A DNA stretch of 64,000 nt, taken from positions 2,368,001-2,432,000 of the forward strand of contig CAVTRC010000001.1 of NCBI GenBank assembly GCA_963737065.1. The letters run 5' to 3'. The translations under genes and the position numbers were made by a program. Below, piece by piece: positions 19,460 through 28,976 of this stretch. Each line of letters begins with the position of its first letter. Position 1 is the first letter of the stretch. Under the pieces are notes generated by a model. That model saw nothing but the letters and a program-made list of their open reading frames with translations, made no database searches and was not told where the DNA came from. Source of the stretch: Candidatus Eremiobacteria bacterium. Lineage in GTDB: Bacteria > Vulcanimicrobiota > Vulcanimicrobiia > Vulcanimicrobiales > Vulcanimicrobiaceae.

Positions 19460-20598
19460 GCGTGTGCCTTTGCCGTTTCCATGACGGCGCGCACGACTTT
19501 GGGATCGAACTGCGTTCCGGCCGCATCGTCCAGACGCTCGCCGCGATCGAGTCGCGCATACGCGATGGCCGATGCGAGGACGGACGCCGCGCGAATTATC
19601 TCGTTCCCGCGCGCGCCGTTGGGTTTCCCGGTTCCGTCAAACCATTCGCTTCGCATCGCAACGATCGGTGCGGCGGACGCGAGCGCAGTGTATGGCCGCG
19701 CAAACTCGGCGGCGGCAGCGGCGTTCGATGCGCGGAGCTCGATTCCTAAGCGCGCGAGCGGATCGAACTGTTCGTCTTCTCCGACATCTTTCGCGATCTC
19801 GCCCGCGCCGAAAATACGGCACGCGAGCGCGAGATCGACACGTGCGCGCTCGTCAAAACCGAGCGCGCACGCAGTGCCGTCCGCGAGAGCCGCAACGCGC
19901 CGCCATCGGCCGCTAACGCCGTTGTGATGATCGATCGCATCGGCCATTGCATCGAGAAGCGCTGCCGGGGAGGTCGTCTCTCCGAGCGCTTCGACGGGCA
20001 TTGCGATCGGTGACGCTTCGCCCGCGTTGATATGAAACCACATGCTGAACGTTCGCGTGTGTTGCGGCCCGAACGCGCGTCCGCTCTGCAACCCGATTGC
20101 GTTGAGCGCTTCCTCAGCGTCGTCCGCGCGAAGGAAGAAATCGGCTAAGGCAAGGAGCTGGGCGCTTTGCGGGATTCCGTACCAGCGAAGTTGATCGGGA
20201 AAGCCGGTGCCGTCCCAGCACTCGCACTGCCAGCGCACGATATCGCTCGTCTGCGCCGGAAGCGACGTCACCGATGCACAGAACCGCGCGCCGCGGGCTG
20301 GGACATCCCACCGTGCCATACGTGCGTTGCGATCGCCGAGCGTCTCGCCCTTGCGATACGCGATACTGCCGATTGCGCCCGTTGCGTGGAGCAATCCGGC
20401 GAAATAAAGCGCCGCGCGTTCGGCTTGCGAAGTTTTTGCGATGTCGGCAAGCGCAACCGCCAGCGATGCCTTACGCACCGCGGTACCGGGCGAATTGCCG
20501 ATCGCGGCGTCACTAACCGCGCCATACCAAGACAGAACATCGGCGAGCCGAGCGCGTCCGGTCCGAGGATCGCCGCCGGTGTCCTGGAATAGCGTCAT
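19456..20598 (-). CDS. Tandem degenerate HD-GYP domain protein
   Basis: LLHATGAIG, WQCECWDGTGFPDQL, RSEWFDGTGKPNG, AGTQFDPKVV. Confidence 0.8.
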   Translation of the reverse strand: MTLFQDTGGDPRTGRARLADVLSWYGAVSDAAIGNSPGTAVRKASLAVALADIAKTSQAERAALYFAGLLHATGAIGSIAYRKGETLGDRNARMARWDVPARGARFCASVTSLPAQTSDIVRWQCECWDGTGFPDQLRWYGIPQSAQLLALADFFLRADDAEEALNAIGLQSGRAFGPQHTRTFSMWFHINAGEASPIAMPVEALGETTSPAALLDAMADAIDHHNGVSGRWRRVAALADGTACALGFDERARVDLALACRIFGAGEIAKDVGEDEQFDPLARLGIELRASNAAAAAEFARPYTALASAAPIVAMRSEWFDGTGKPNGARGNEIIRAASVLASAIAYARLDRGERLDDAAGTQFDPKVVRAVMETAKAHA

Positions 20599-20623
20599 CT
20601 CTTTCCGCGATTTACATATTGCC

Positions 20624-21094
20624 GTGCAGAAACCCTCACATATTTTGCCCGATGGCAGCATTTCGATGGTCGACGTATCGGAGAAAGCTGTTACCGCAAG
20701 AACCGCACGCGCGGAAGCGCGCGTACGATTTCAATCCAACGCAGCCCAAGCGCTTCGGGACGCAACGCTTCCAAAGGGAGATGCGTTCGTTACGGCGCAG
20801 ATCGCCGGTGTTATGGCGGCCAAGCAGGCATCGTCGTTAATCCCGCTCACGCATCCGCTCCCGCTAACGCACGTCGACGTGTCGTTCGAGTGGATCGATG
20901 ATAACGTGTTACGTGTCGATGCCGTCGCGGCGACGAGCGCGCAGACGGGCGTTGAAATGGAAGCAATGGTGGCCGCGAGCGTCGCCGCGCTCACGATCTA
21001 TGACATGACGAAGGGAATCGACAAGGGCATCACGATCGAAGCGGTGCGCCTGCTGGAAAAAACCGGCGGCAAGAGCGGCCGGTGGCACGCGTGA
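20624..21094 (+). CDS. moaC: Cyclic pyranopterin monophosphate synthase
   Basis: MVDVSEK, KGD, LIPLTHPL, TGVEMEAM, IYDM, KTGGKSG. Confidence 0.96.
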   Translation: MQKPSHILPDGSISMVDVSEKAVTARTARAEARVRFQSNAAQALRDATLPKGDAFVTAQIAGVMAAKQASSLIPLTHPLPLTHVDVSFEWIDDNVLRVDAVAATSAQTGVEMEAMVAASVAALTIYDMTKGIDKGITIEAVRLLEKTGGKSGRWHA

Positions 21095-21573
21095 CGTACA
21101 CTGCCGCATTGATCGTGCTTTCCGACCGCGCGGCGGAAGGCTCACGTGCCGACGCGTGCATTCCCGTGATGCGCGAGCGGCTGGGCGCCGCGTATGCGAT
21201 CGTTCGTGAACTCATACTTCCCGACGATCCGGGGACGCTGCAAGCGGAACTGATCGATCTTGCGGATACCGGCGCCGCATCGCTCATCTTAACGAGCGGC
21301 GGAACCGGGCTCTCATCGCGCGATCGAACGCCGCAAGCGACGATCGCCGTCCTCGATTACGAGGTGCCGGGGATCGCCGAAGCGATTCGCGCCGCGTCGG
21401 TGCCACTCGTGAAAACGGCGATGCTTTCCCGCGCAACAGCCGGCGTGCGCCATCGTAGTTTGATCGTCAACCTGCCCGGCAGTCCGAAGGCCGTCGCCGA
21501 ATCGCTCGACGTCATCGTCCCGGTCTTGCCGCATGCGCTCGAATTACTCTCCGATGCGCTCGTCGACGGGTAA
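21082..21573 (+). CDS. mog: MogA/MoaB molybdopterin adenylyltransferase
   Basis: TSGGTGLSSRDRTP, LSRATAG, NLPGSPKAV. Confidence 0.92.
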   Translation: MARVTYTAALIVLSDRAAEGSRADACIPVMRERLGAAYAIVRELILPDDPGTLQAELIDLADTGAASLILTSGGTGLSSRDRTPQATIAVLDYEVPGIAEAIRAASVPLVKTAMLSRATAGVRHRSLIVNLPGSPKAVAESLDVIVPVLPHALELLSDALVDG

Positions 21574-21582
21574 CGTCAGCTA

Positions 21583-22896
21583 ATGGATTTTGCGGCGGCG
21601 CAGAATTACCTGATCGGGACGATCAACGAAACCGTATCGCGGCGGATGCCGTATCGGCTAGAGCGCATGCGCACGTTTATGTCCGAACTGGGCGATCCGC
21701 AAGATACGTATCCGACGATTCACATCGGCGGCACGAGCGGAAAAGGTTCGACGTCAACCATGGTCGCCGCAATGATCGGCTCGGCAGGGAAACGCGTCGG
21801 GCTGCATACCAAGCCGCACTTGAAATCGATGACCGAGCGCGCGCGTATCAACGGCTTGGCGATTTCCGAGGAACGGTTCGCGCATATTTTGCAGTCAATG
21901 ATGCCGGCGATCGATCGCACGGCGCAAGTGGCCGGGCGTCCGACGTATTACGAGACGTTGCTTGCAATTGCGTTTGTTTATTTTGCCGAGGAGCACGTTG
22001 ACGTCGCGGTCATCGAAGTTGGATTGGGCGGCCGCGTGGACGGAACCAACGTCATTACGCCGCTCGTTTCGGCGATTACGTCGATCGGATTCGATCACAT
22101 GGACGTGCTCGGCGAAAGGCTTGAAGAGATCGCGCTCGAGAAGGCGGGTATTGCAAAGTCCGGCGTTCCGCTCGTGAGTCTCGTCGAAGACGCCGGTGCG
22201 CGCGCCGTTGTCGAGGAAGCTGCGCGGCGCGCCGGCGCGCCGTTCATCGACGTCGCGGCGACTGTGAGCATCGAGGATGTACGGCTTTCTCCCGACGGAC
22301 AGTCCTTCGCCATCATCACGCCCGGCACGCGCTACGGTCTTTCGACGCCGATGCTCGGCGAATTTCAACGCCGGAACGCATCGACCGCAATCTCCGTTGG
22401 GGAAGCGCTCCCGCCGGCATTTCGTCCTACCGTTCGCGACGTAGAAGAAGCGTTCGCGTCGCTGACGATTCCCGGGCGCATGGAGTACTATCCGGGACAT
22501 CCCGGCGTGCTCTTCGACATTGCGCACAACGCGGAAAAAGCGGAGCATCTCGTGCGGTCACTGCAAGAGCACTTTCCCAATCGCCGCTTCACGTTCGTCG
22601 TCGCGATCGGCGAAAGCAAGGACTCGTACGAGATCCTGCGGCGCTTCGCTGCGCTACCGCTCAAGTTCATCTTTACGTCGTTCGAAATCGCCGGGCGTAC
22701 GGCGACGAAGCCTCAACGATTGGCGGCGATTGCGGAGTCGCTCGGTTCGTGGGGACGAGTCGTGCAAGATCCGGTCGAGGCGATGGAGATCGCGCGCCGG
22801 ACGAGCGGCGCCGATGAAATCATCGTCGTCACGGGTTCTACCTTTATCGTTGCAGAGATCCGAGGGTGGTGGTTAGGGACGATCGTCGCGGCGTAA
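21583..22896 (+). CDS. folC: Folylpolyglutamate synthase/dihydrofolate synthase
   Basis: HIGGTSGKGST, EVGLGGRVDGTN, DHMDVLG, EKAGI, DIAHN. Confidence 0.96.
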   Translation: MDFAAAQNYLIGTINETVSRRMPYRLERMRTFMSELGDPQDTYPTIHIGGTSGKGSTSTMVAAMIGSAGKRVGLHTKPHLKSMTERARINGLAISEERFAHILQSMMPAIDRTAQVAGRPTYYETLLAIAFVYFAEEHVDVAVIEVGLGGRVDGTNVITPLVSAITSIGFDHMDVLGERLEEIALEKAGIAKSGVPLVSLVEDAGARAVVEEAARRAGAPFIDVAATVSIEDVRLSPDGQSFAIITPGTRYGLSTPMLGEFQRRNASTAISVGEALPPAFRPTVRDVEEAFASLTIPGRMEYYPGHPGVLFDIAHNAEKAEHLVRSLQEHFPNRRFTFVVAIGESKDSYEILRRFAALPLKFIFTSFEIAGRTATKPQRLAAIAESLGSWGRVVQDPVEAMEIARRTSGADEIIVVTGSTFIVAEIRGWWLGTIVAA

Positions 22897-23717
22897 TGCG
22901 CGTTCGCGCCAAAGACTTCGCGTGGGGAGGTTGCACGTATTTGATGGCGATCGTCAACGTCACGCCCGATTCCTTTTCCGGTGATGGACGCAAGCCCGAT
23001 GATGCGATCGAACACGCGGTGCGACAATGGCAGGCCGGCGCCGACATTCTCGATATCGGCGGTGAGTCGACGCGTCCCGGACACGAACCGGTCGACGACG
23101 CATTAGAGATCGAACGCATCCGTCCCGTCATCAGCGCAATCCGCCAGCGCCTTCCGCAAGCAATCATTTCCGTCGATACGTACAAGCCGGACGTTGCGCG
23201 CGCCGCGTACGCAGCGGGCGCGGACATGATCAACTCCGTGTGGGGCGCACCAAACGAGTTGATCGACGTTGCCGCCGAACTCGGGATGCCGCTCGCGGCG
23301 ATGCATAATCAGCGCGATACGCAGTATCATGGCGACGTCGTCGATGCCGTCGTCGAATTCTTGAGCGATTGCGTGGACCGCGCGAACGCTCGCGGACTTG
23401 CGGGACGCGTATTGCTGGATCCGGGAATTGGTTTCGGCAAGACGCCGAACCAAAACATCCGCGTGTTGCGCGGACTTCATCGCGTCTGCGCGCTCGGCTA
23501 TCCGACATTGCTTGGAACGTCACGAAAATCGACGATCGGAAAATTGACGGGGCGCGAAGCGCACGAACGGATTTACGGAACGGCCGCAACGACGGCGCTC
23601 GGTATCGCGGCCGGGATCGACATCGTCCGCGCGCACGACATTGCCCAACAACGCGACGTGATCAGCGTCGCGGACGCAATCGTGCGTAACTGGAGGCCGG
23701 CCGGATGGACCGGATAA
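22896..23717 (+). CDS. folP: Dihydropteroate synthase
   Basis: VNVTPDSFSGDG, DIGGESTRPG, DPGIGFGK, SRKS. Confidence 0.97.
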   Translation: MRVRAKDFAWGGCTYLMAIVNVTPDSFSGDGRKPDDAIEHAVRQWQAGADILDIGGESTRPGHEPVDDALEIERIRPVISAIRQRLPQAIISVDTYKPDVARAAYAAGADMINSVWGAPNELIDVAAELGMPLAAMHNQRDTQYHGDVVDAVVEFLSDCVDRANARGLAGRVLLDPGIGFGKTPNQNIRVLRGLHRVCALGYPTLLGTSRKSTIGKLTGREAHERIYGTAATTALGIAAGIDIVRAHDIAQQRDVISVADAIVRNWRPAGWTG

Positions 23718-24061
23718 GCCTGCGAAACATCGTCGCGCACGGTAAACACGGTGCCAACCCCGGCGAACGCGATCGCGCGCAGCCGCTCCATATCGAAGTC
23801 GATCTGCTCGTCGATCTCAGCCGCTCCGGGCTCACCGACCAGCTGCACGACACCGTCGACTACGCGGTCGTGTATGAAACGATCGTGAAGATTGTCGAGG
23901 ATCGGTCGTTCCAGCTACTCGAGCGCGTAGCATCGGTCATTCTCGACGAAATCTTTCGCGATCCGCGAATTGTGCGCGCTTCATTGGCGATCGCGAAGCC
24001 CGATGTCCTCGACGGCGCGACGCCGATCGTCCGGCTCGAACGCGACAACAGGAAAGTATAG
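23705..24061 (+). CDS. folB: Dihydroneopterin aldolase
   Basis: HGANPGER, DTVDYA, LLERVA, AKP. Confidence 0.94.
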   Translation: MDRISLRNIVAHGKHGANPGERDRAQPLHIEVDLLVDLSRSGLTDQLHDTVDYAVVYETIVKIVEDRSFQLLERVASVILDEIFRDPRIVRASLAIAKPDVLDGATPIVRLERDNRKV

Positions 24062-24064
24062 CTG

Positions 24065-24523
24065 TTGCCGCTTGCGTACATCTCGGTTGGATCGAATTTG
24101 GACGATCCGGTCACCCAAGTTCGGCGCGGCATCGAAGCGCTGCGTTTCTTTGGAGAGATCGCCGCCGTCTCTCCGTTCTATCGCGCGAAACCCTGGGGAA
24201 CGATTTTGGATCAGCCGGACTTCGTCAACGCCGTTGTTGCGCTCGATACGCATCGCGGCCCGCGGGACTTGCTCAATTCGTTGAAAGCCGAAGAGGCGCG
24301 ATTGGGCCGCGTCCCCGGCGAGCGCTGGGGTCCGCGCGCAATTGACTTCGATATCCTGACGTACGGAGAGGAAACGGTCGACGAGTACGACCTGCGCATA
24401 CCTCACCCGCGCATGAACGAACGTGCCTTCGTGCTCGTCCCGCTCGCCGATTTGGACGAACGCTATGCCTCGGCACGCGACGCGCTCGGCACGAATGAAC
24501 TGCACACCGTGCAGCGAGTGTAA
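24065..24523 (+). CDS. folK: Hydroxymethyldihydropterin pyrophosphokinase
   Basis: GSNL, QPDFVNAV, WGPRAIDFDIL, IPHPRMNERAFVL. Confidence 0.96.
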   Translation: MPLAYISVGSNLDDPVTQVRRGIEALRFFGEIAAVSPFYRAKPWGTILDQPDFVNAVVALDTHRGPRDLLNSLKAEEARLGRVPGERWGPRAIDFDILTYGEETVDEYDLRIPHPRMNERAFVLVPLADLDERYASARDALGTNELHTVQRV

Positions 24524-24585
24524 CGGCTCGCGGGTATGTCCGCGAAAACGGGGCGGAGCGCAAGACCGGCGAAACGGTAGCGCTC

Positions 24586-25005
24586 ATGTCCGAAGAGCCG
24601 CCTTCTTCTCTTGTTTCTCGCGTTCGTACTCTGGCCGACTATTTCGTCGGCACGGACCTGTTGCGTCTGCGCATCGAGCGCGATACGGAAGAAATTGAGC
24701 TCGGACGGCGCCATCTTCGTCCGGAGCTGGTTCCGCCGCTCGCGAGCGAACTGACGGCCCACGAGGCGCCGCCGATCAAGCTCGATGCGATCAAAGCGGA
24801 TCTCGTGGGAATCTTCCGGTTGAGCCGTCCTGTGCCATCGCCCGGGGAGCTCCTTGAGAGCGACCGCGAACTGGCGTATGTGGAAGCGCTCGGTATTCGC
24901 AATCCCGTCCGTAGCCGAGGGGCCGGCCGTGTCGTCTCGATCCTGCCGCCTGACGGCGGCGCGGTGGAATACGGACAAGTACTCTTCGAGATCGACCGAG
25001 GATAA
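24586..25005 (+). CDS. BCCP (AccB)-like protein lacking the biotinylation lysine
   Basis: [12 protein letters not shown]...[11 protein letters not shown]...[17 protein letters not shown] replaced by EALG; directly upstream of accC. Confidence 0.85.
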   Translation: MSEEPPSSLVSRVRTLADYFVGTDLLRLRIERDTEEIELGRRHLRPELVPPLASELTAHEAPPIKLDAIKADLVGIFRLSRPVPSPGELLESDRELAYVEALGIRNPVRSRGAGRVVSILPPDGGAVEYGQVLFEIDRG

Positions 25006-25010
25006 GACCG

Positions 25011-26438
25011 ATTTTCAATAAGGTGCTGATCGCCAACCGCGGCGAGATCGCATTGCGAATCAATCGCGCCTGCCGCGAGTTGGGCGTGCATACCGTTGCG
25101 ATTTTTTCCGAGGCCGATCGCGAGTCGCTGCACGTTCGCATGGCAGACGAGGCGTTCTGCGTCGGGCCTGGGCCGGTACCGCGTTCGTACCTCAATATAC
25201 CGAACATTATCTCGACCGCGCTGATTACGGGCTGCGACGCGATCCATCCCGGCTACGGATTTCTGGCAGAAAACGCGCGCTTCGCGGAGATCTGCGCCGA
25301 CCATGGGCTGACCTTCATCGGCCCGACCCCGTCGGTGATTTCCGCAATGGGCGACAAAGCAACAGCGAAGCGGGTCATGAAAGAAGCCGGCGTTGCGACG
25401 ACACCGGGAACGGATATCCTCGACTCCGTCGATGAAGCGAACCGTGCAGCAGAAGCGACCGGGTATCCGGTCCTCCTCAAGGCGACCGCCGGCGGCGGCG
25501 GCAAAGGCATGCGCGTCGTCGAGAACGCAAGCGAAATGGAACGCGCGTATGCGAGCGCGACCGCGGAAGCCGAGGCGAGCTTCAAAGACGGGCGTGTCTA
25601 CATGGAAAAGCTCATCCTCAATCCGCGTCATATCGAAGTGCAAGTGCTCGGTGACGACTTCGGTAATGTCGTGAGTTTGGGCGAACGCGATTGCTCGGTG
25701 CAGAAGCCGTCGCATCAAAAGCTCATCGAAGAATCGCCGGCGCCGCATCTTTCCGAACGCACGCGGGCGTCGTTGCTCGAGATGGCGGTACGCGCGTGCA
25801 AGCACGTCGGCTACACGAATGCGGGTACGCTGGAATTTCTCGTCACCGGTGACGAGGTGTATTTCATGGAGATGAACACGCGCATTCAAGTCGAGCACCC
25901 GGTGACGGAAATGGTCTATAGCGTCGATTTGGTCAAAGAACAGATTCGCATCGCCGCGGGCGAGCCGCTCGGTTACGAACAGAAGGACCTGCAGCTGCGC
26001 GGACACGCAATCGAATGCCGCATCAACGCAGAAGATGCATCCAACGGGTTCGCACCGCAGGCCGGCACACTCTCGCGCGTCGTCTTTCCCGGAGGCCCCG
26101 GCGTGCGCGTCGATACGCACGTGTTTTCCGGAACGGCGGTTCCGCCCTATTACGACTCCATGATCGCGAAGATCGTCGCGTTCGGCGCGACGCGTGAAGC
26201 GGCAATCGCGCGCATGGAGCGCGCGCTGCGCGAAACGGTGATCGAAGGCGTCAATACGACAATCGGCATGTGTCTCGAAATCCTCGCCACGCCGCAATTC
26301 CGTGAAGGCAAATACGACATTGTATTCCTGCCGAAGTTGCTGACGCAACTTGGGAATCGCGACGGTTTAACGGGTGCTGCGCCGTTCGCTTCGCACTCCC
26401 CACGCGCGAAGCCCGCGGCGTCCCCAAGGAAACTGTAA
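25011..26438 (+). CDS. accC: Biotin carboxylase; probable ATT start at 25011 (track start GTG 25023)
   Basis: [45 protein letters not shown]. Confidence 0.96.
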   Translation: MFNKVLIANRGEIALRINRACRELGVHTVAIFSEADRESLHVRMADEAFCVGPGPVPRSYLNIPNIISTALITGCDAIHPGYGFLAENARFAEICADHGLTFIGPTPSVISAMGDKATAKRVMKEAGVATTPGTDILDSVDEANRAAEATGYPVLLKATAGGGGKGMRVVENASEMERAYASATAEAEASFKDGRVYMEKLILNPRHIEVQVLGDDFGNVVSLGERDCSVQKPSHQKLIEESPAPHLSERTRASLLEMAVRACKHVGYTNAGTLEFLVTGDEVYFMEMNTRIQVEHPVTEMVYSVDLVKEQIRIAAGEPLGYEQKDLQLRGHAIECRINAEDASNGFAPQAGTLSRVVFPGGPGVRVDTHVFSGTAVPPYYDSMIAKIVAFGATREAAIARMERALRETVIEGVNTTIGMCLEILATPQFREGKYDIVFLPKLLTQLGNRDGLTGAAPFASHSPRAKPAASPRKL

Positions 26439-26440
26439 CG

Positions 26441-26848
26441 ATGGCTTCGCGTCGGCACGGACGAGAACAAGCGTTACAAGCGCTCTACTCGATCCACGTC
26501 GGTCATCGTGAACCGGGCGATGCATTGACCGAGGTCGTCGGCGAGCGCGCCGACACGGCACATCGTACGTTCGTGCGGGATCTCGTGCTGGGCACACTTG
26601 ATTATGCTCCCGAAGCGGATAAGACGTTTCAGCCACTGCTCGAGGGCTGGACGGTCGAACGTTTGCCGACGATCGACCGTTTACTCTTAGAAATGGGCAC
26701 GTTCGAGCTTCGTTGCCGCCGCGACACGCCGCAGGCCGTCGTGATCAACGAGGCAGTAGAGCTTGCAAAAAAGTTCTCCACCGAAGAATCAAACCGATTC
26801 GTCAACGGCGTTTTGAATGCAGTCGCGAAACAAACGACCAACTCGTAA
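26441..26848 (+). CDS. nusB: Transcription antitermination factor NusB
   Basis: RRHGREQALQALY, INEAVELAKKF, FVNGVL. Confidence 0.96.
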   Translation: MASRRHGREQALQALYSIHVGHREPGDALTEVVGERADTAHRTFVRDLVLGTLDYAPEADKTFQPLLEGWTVERLPTIDRLLLEMGTFELRCRRDTPQAVVINEAVELAKKFSTEESNRFVNGVLNAVAKQTTNS

Positions 26849-26864
26849 AGCAAAGCGCGGTGGA

Positions 26865-28976
26865 ATGCCTCGCTGGGTGCGCGGCGTCCTCGTCGCGCTG
26901 CTGCTCTTGATTCTTTTTGCGGCCGGTACGATCGCCGGCATGGTTGCGGCATACTCGCGCAATCTTCCCGACATCAGCCGCATGGCGGATTATCAGCCGG
27001 CGAGTTCTACGCGGATCTTTGCTCGCGACGGCACGCCGCTCGCATCCGTTTACAAAGAAAATCGGGTATGGGTTCCGCTCTCACGCATTCCGTTGGTCGT
27101 GCAGCAAGCGGTTATCGCCAACGAGGATCACAACTTTTATTCGCACCACGGCGTAGACTTCGGCGGCATCATCCGCGCCGGTTTTGCCGATTTGACGCAT
27201 CAGCAATTTCAAGGCGCATCGACGATCACACAACAGCTCGCGCGCAAGCTGTTCCTGAACGACCAGGTCTCGATCTCGCGTAAAATCCAAGAGGCGCTGC
27301 TCGCCATGGAGATCGAGCGATACTACACGAAAGACGAGATCCTCGAGCGCTACCTCAACATGGTCTATCTCGGCTCCGGCGCCTACGGCGTCGATGCGGC
27401 CGCGCATACCTACTTCGGCGAGCGTGTCGAGAATTTGACCCTGCCGCAAGCCGCGATGCTCGCCGGCGTGATCGCCGCGCCTTCGGATTATTCGCCGTTT
27501 GTCAATCTCGAGCTCGCGAAAGACCGTCAGTCGCACGTGCTCGACCGCATGGCGGAGAGTCAGTTCATCACGCGCGCACAGGCCGATGCGGCGCGAGTCG
27601 CTGCCGTCGGACTGACGCACCAGCGCGCGCCCGGGTTGCAAGGCTATCTCTATCCGTACTACACGACGTACGTGATCGCACGGTTGGAGAAACTGTTCGG
27701 AAAACAAGCCGTGCAAGAGGGCGGGCTTCAGGTTTACACTGCGCTCGACATTCACATGGAGCAAGTCGCGCAAGACGCCGTTGACTGGGGTATCAAGGCC
27801 GCGGAAGAAGAAGGAATCGGCGCGCATCAAGCCGCGCTCGTTGCAATTCGCCCCTCGACGGGTGAAATCGTCGCGATGGTGGGCGGCACGCATTTCTCGT
27901 TAGAGAACCAATTCAACCGCGCGTGGCAGGCGCGGCGTCAGCCGGGTTCGTCGTTCAAAGTGTACGTGTATACTGCGGCGGTCGACGCGGGCATGCCGCC
28001 GAACACGATCATCGAAGACTCGCCGATCGGCTATCCGATGGGCGACGGAACAACCTGGTATCCCCGCGACGACGACAACAGTTTCATGGGCGACATCACG
28101 TTCCGTACGGCGCTCGCGCAGTCGCGCAATGTTGCCGCCGTTCGCCTCGCCGACAAGATCGGTATCGATAAAGTGATTCAGTACGCGCATCGCATGGGCG
28201 TAACGGCTCCGCTCGAAGCGAACCTGTCACTTGCACTTGGGTCCTCCGTCGTTTCGCCGCTCGATCAAGCCAGCGGGTATTCGACGCTCGCGAATCAGGG
28301 CGTGCACATTGACCCGTCGGCCATCAGACTCGTGCGCGATTCTCTCGGCAATTCGATTCTCGACGATCAATATCCGGAAGCAACGGAAGTCGTGAGCGCC
28401 GGAACGGCGTGGCTGATGACATCGATGCTCGAGGACGTCATCAACCACGGCACGGGATACCCGAACGCCATTATCGGACGGCCGGCCGCCGGTAAGACCG
28501 GAACGACGTCGGACTTCCGCGATGCATGGTTCGTCGGATACACGCCGGATTTGGTTACCGCGGTTTGGATCGGAAACGACAACTATTCGCGCATGGTGGA
28601 GTCGTACGGCGGAAACATTCCGGCTCGCATTTGGGCGCGGTTCATGAAAGGCGCGCTCGTGAAAGTTGCAAAACACGACTTCACGTTCCCTGAAGGTGAA
28701 GTCGTGAAAGTCGCGTCGTGTTCAGGCGGCTACGAGTATTATTTGAACGGCACGCAGCCGCAGAGCGGCTGCGGTTCCGGATATGCAGCGCAAGCCGCTG
28801 ATGTGCGCACGCCGGCACCCGGCGACACGTCATTGCCGTCGCTCTCGCCGCCGCCGCAAACGCTGCCGCCCGATGTAACGCCTCCTCCGAACAGCATCGG
28901 CGACGGCACGAACTACGTTCCGCTCGGGGATTCGCCGCAACCGAACGCCACGCCGACGTCGAAACCACGCCGGTGA
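26865..28976 (+). CDS. Class A penicillin-binding protein 1A family
   Basis: EDHNFYSHHG, GASTITQQL, RKIQE, SSFK, SRN, KTG. Confidence 0.95.
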   Translation: MPRWVRGVLVALLLLILFAAGTIAGMVAAYSRNLPDISRMADYQPASSTRIFARDGTPLASVYKENRVWVPLSRIPLVVQQAVIANEDHNFYSHHGVDFGGIIRAGFADLTHQQFQGASTITQQLARKLFLNDQVSISRKIQEALLAMEIERYYTKDEILERYLNMVYLGSGAYGVDAAAHTYFGERVENLTLPQAAMLAGVIAAPSDYSPFVNLELAKDRQSHVLDRMAESQFITRAQADAARVAAVGLTHQRAPGLQGYLYPYYTTYVIARLEKLFGKQAVQEGGLQVYTALDIHMEQVAQDAVDWGIKAAEEEGIGAHQAALVAIRPSTGEIVAMVGGTHFSLENQFNRAWQARRQPGSSFKVYVYTAAVDAGMPPNTIIEDSPIGYPMGDGTTWYPRDDDNSFMGDITFRTALAQSRNVAAVRLADKIGIDKVIQYAHRMGVTAPLEANLSLALGSSVVSPLDQASGYSTLANQGVHIDPSAIRLVRDSLGNSILDDQYPEATEVVSAGTAWLMTSMLEDVINHGTGYPNAIIGRPAAGKTGTTSDFRDAWFVGYTPDLVTAVWIGNDNYSRMVESYGGNIPARIWARFMKGALVKVAKHDFTFPEGEVVKVASCSGGYEYYLNGTQPQSGCGSGYAAQAADVRTPAPGDTSLPSLSPPPQTLPPDVTPPPNSIGDGTNYVPLGDSPQPNATPTSKPRR

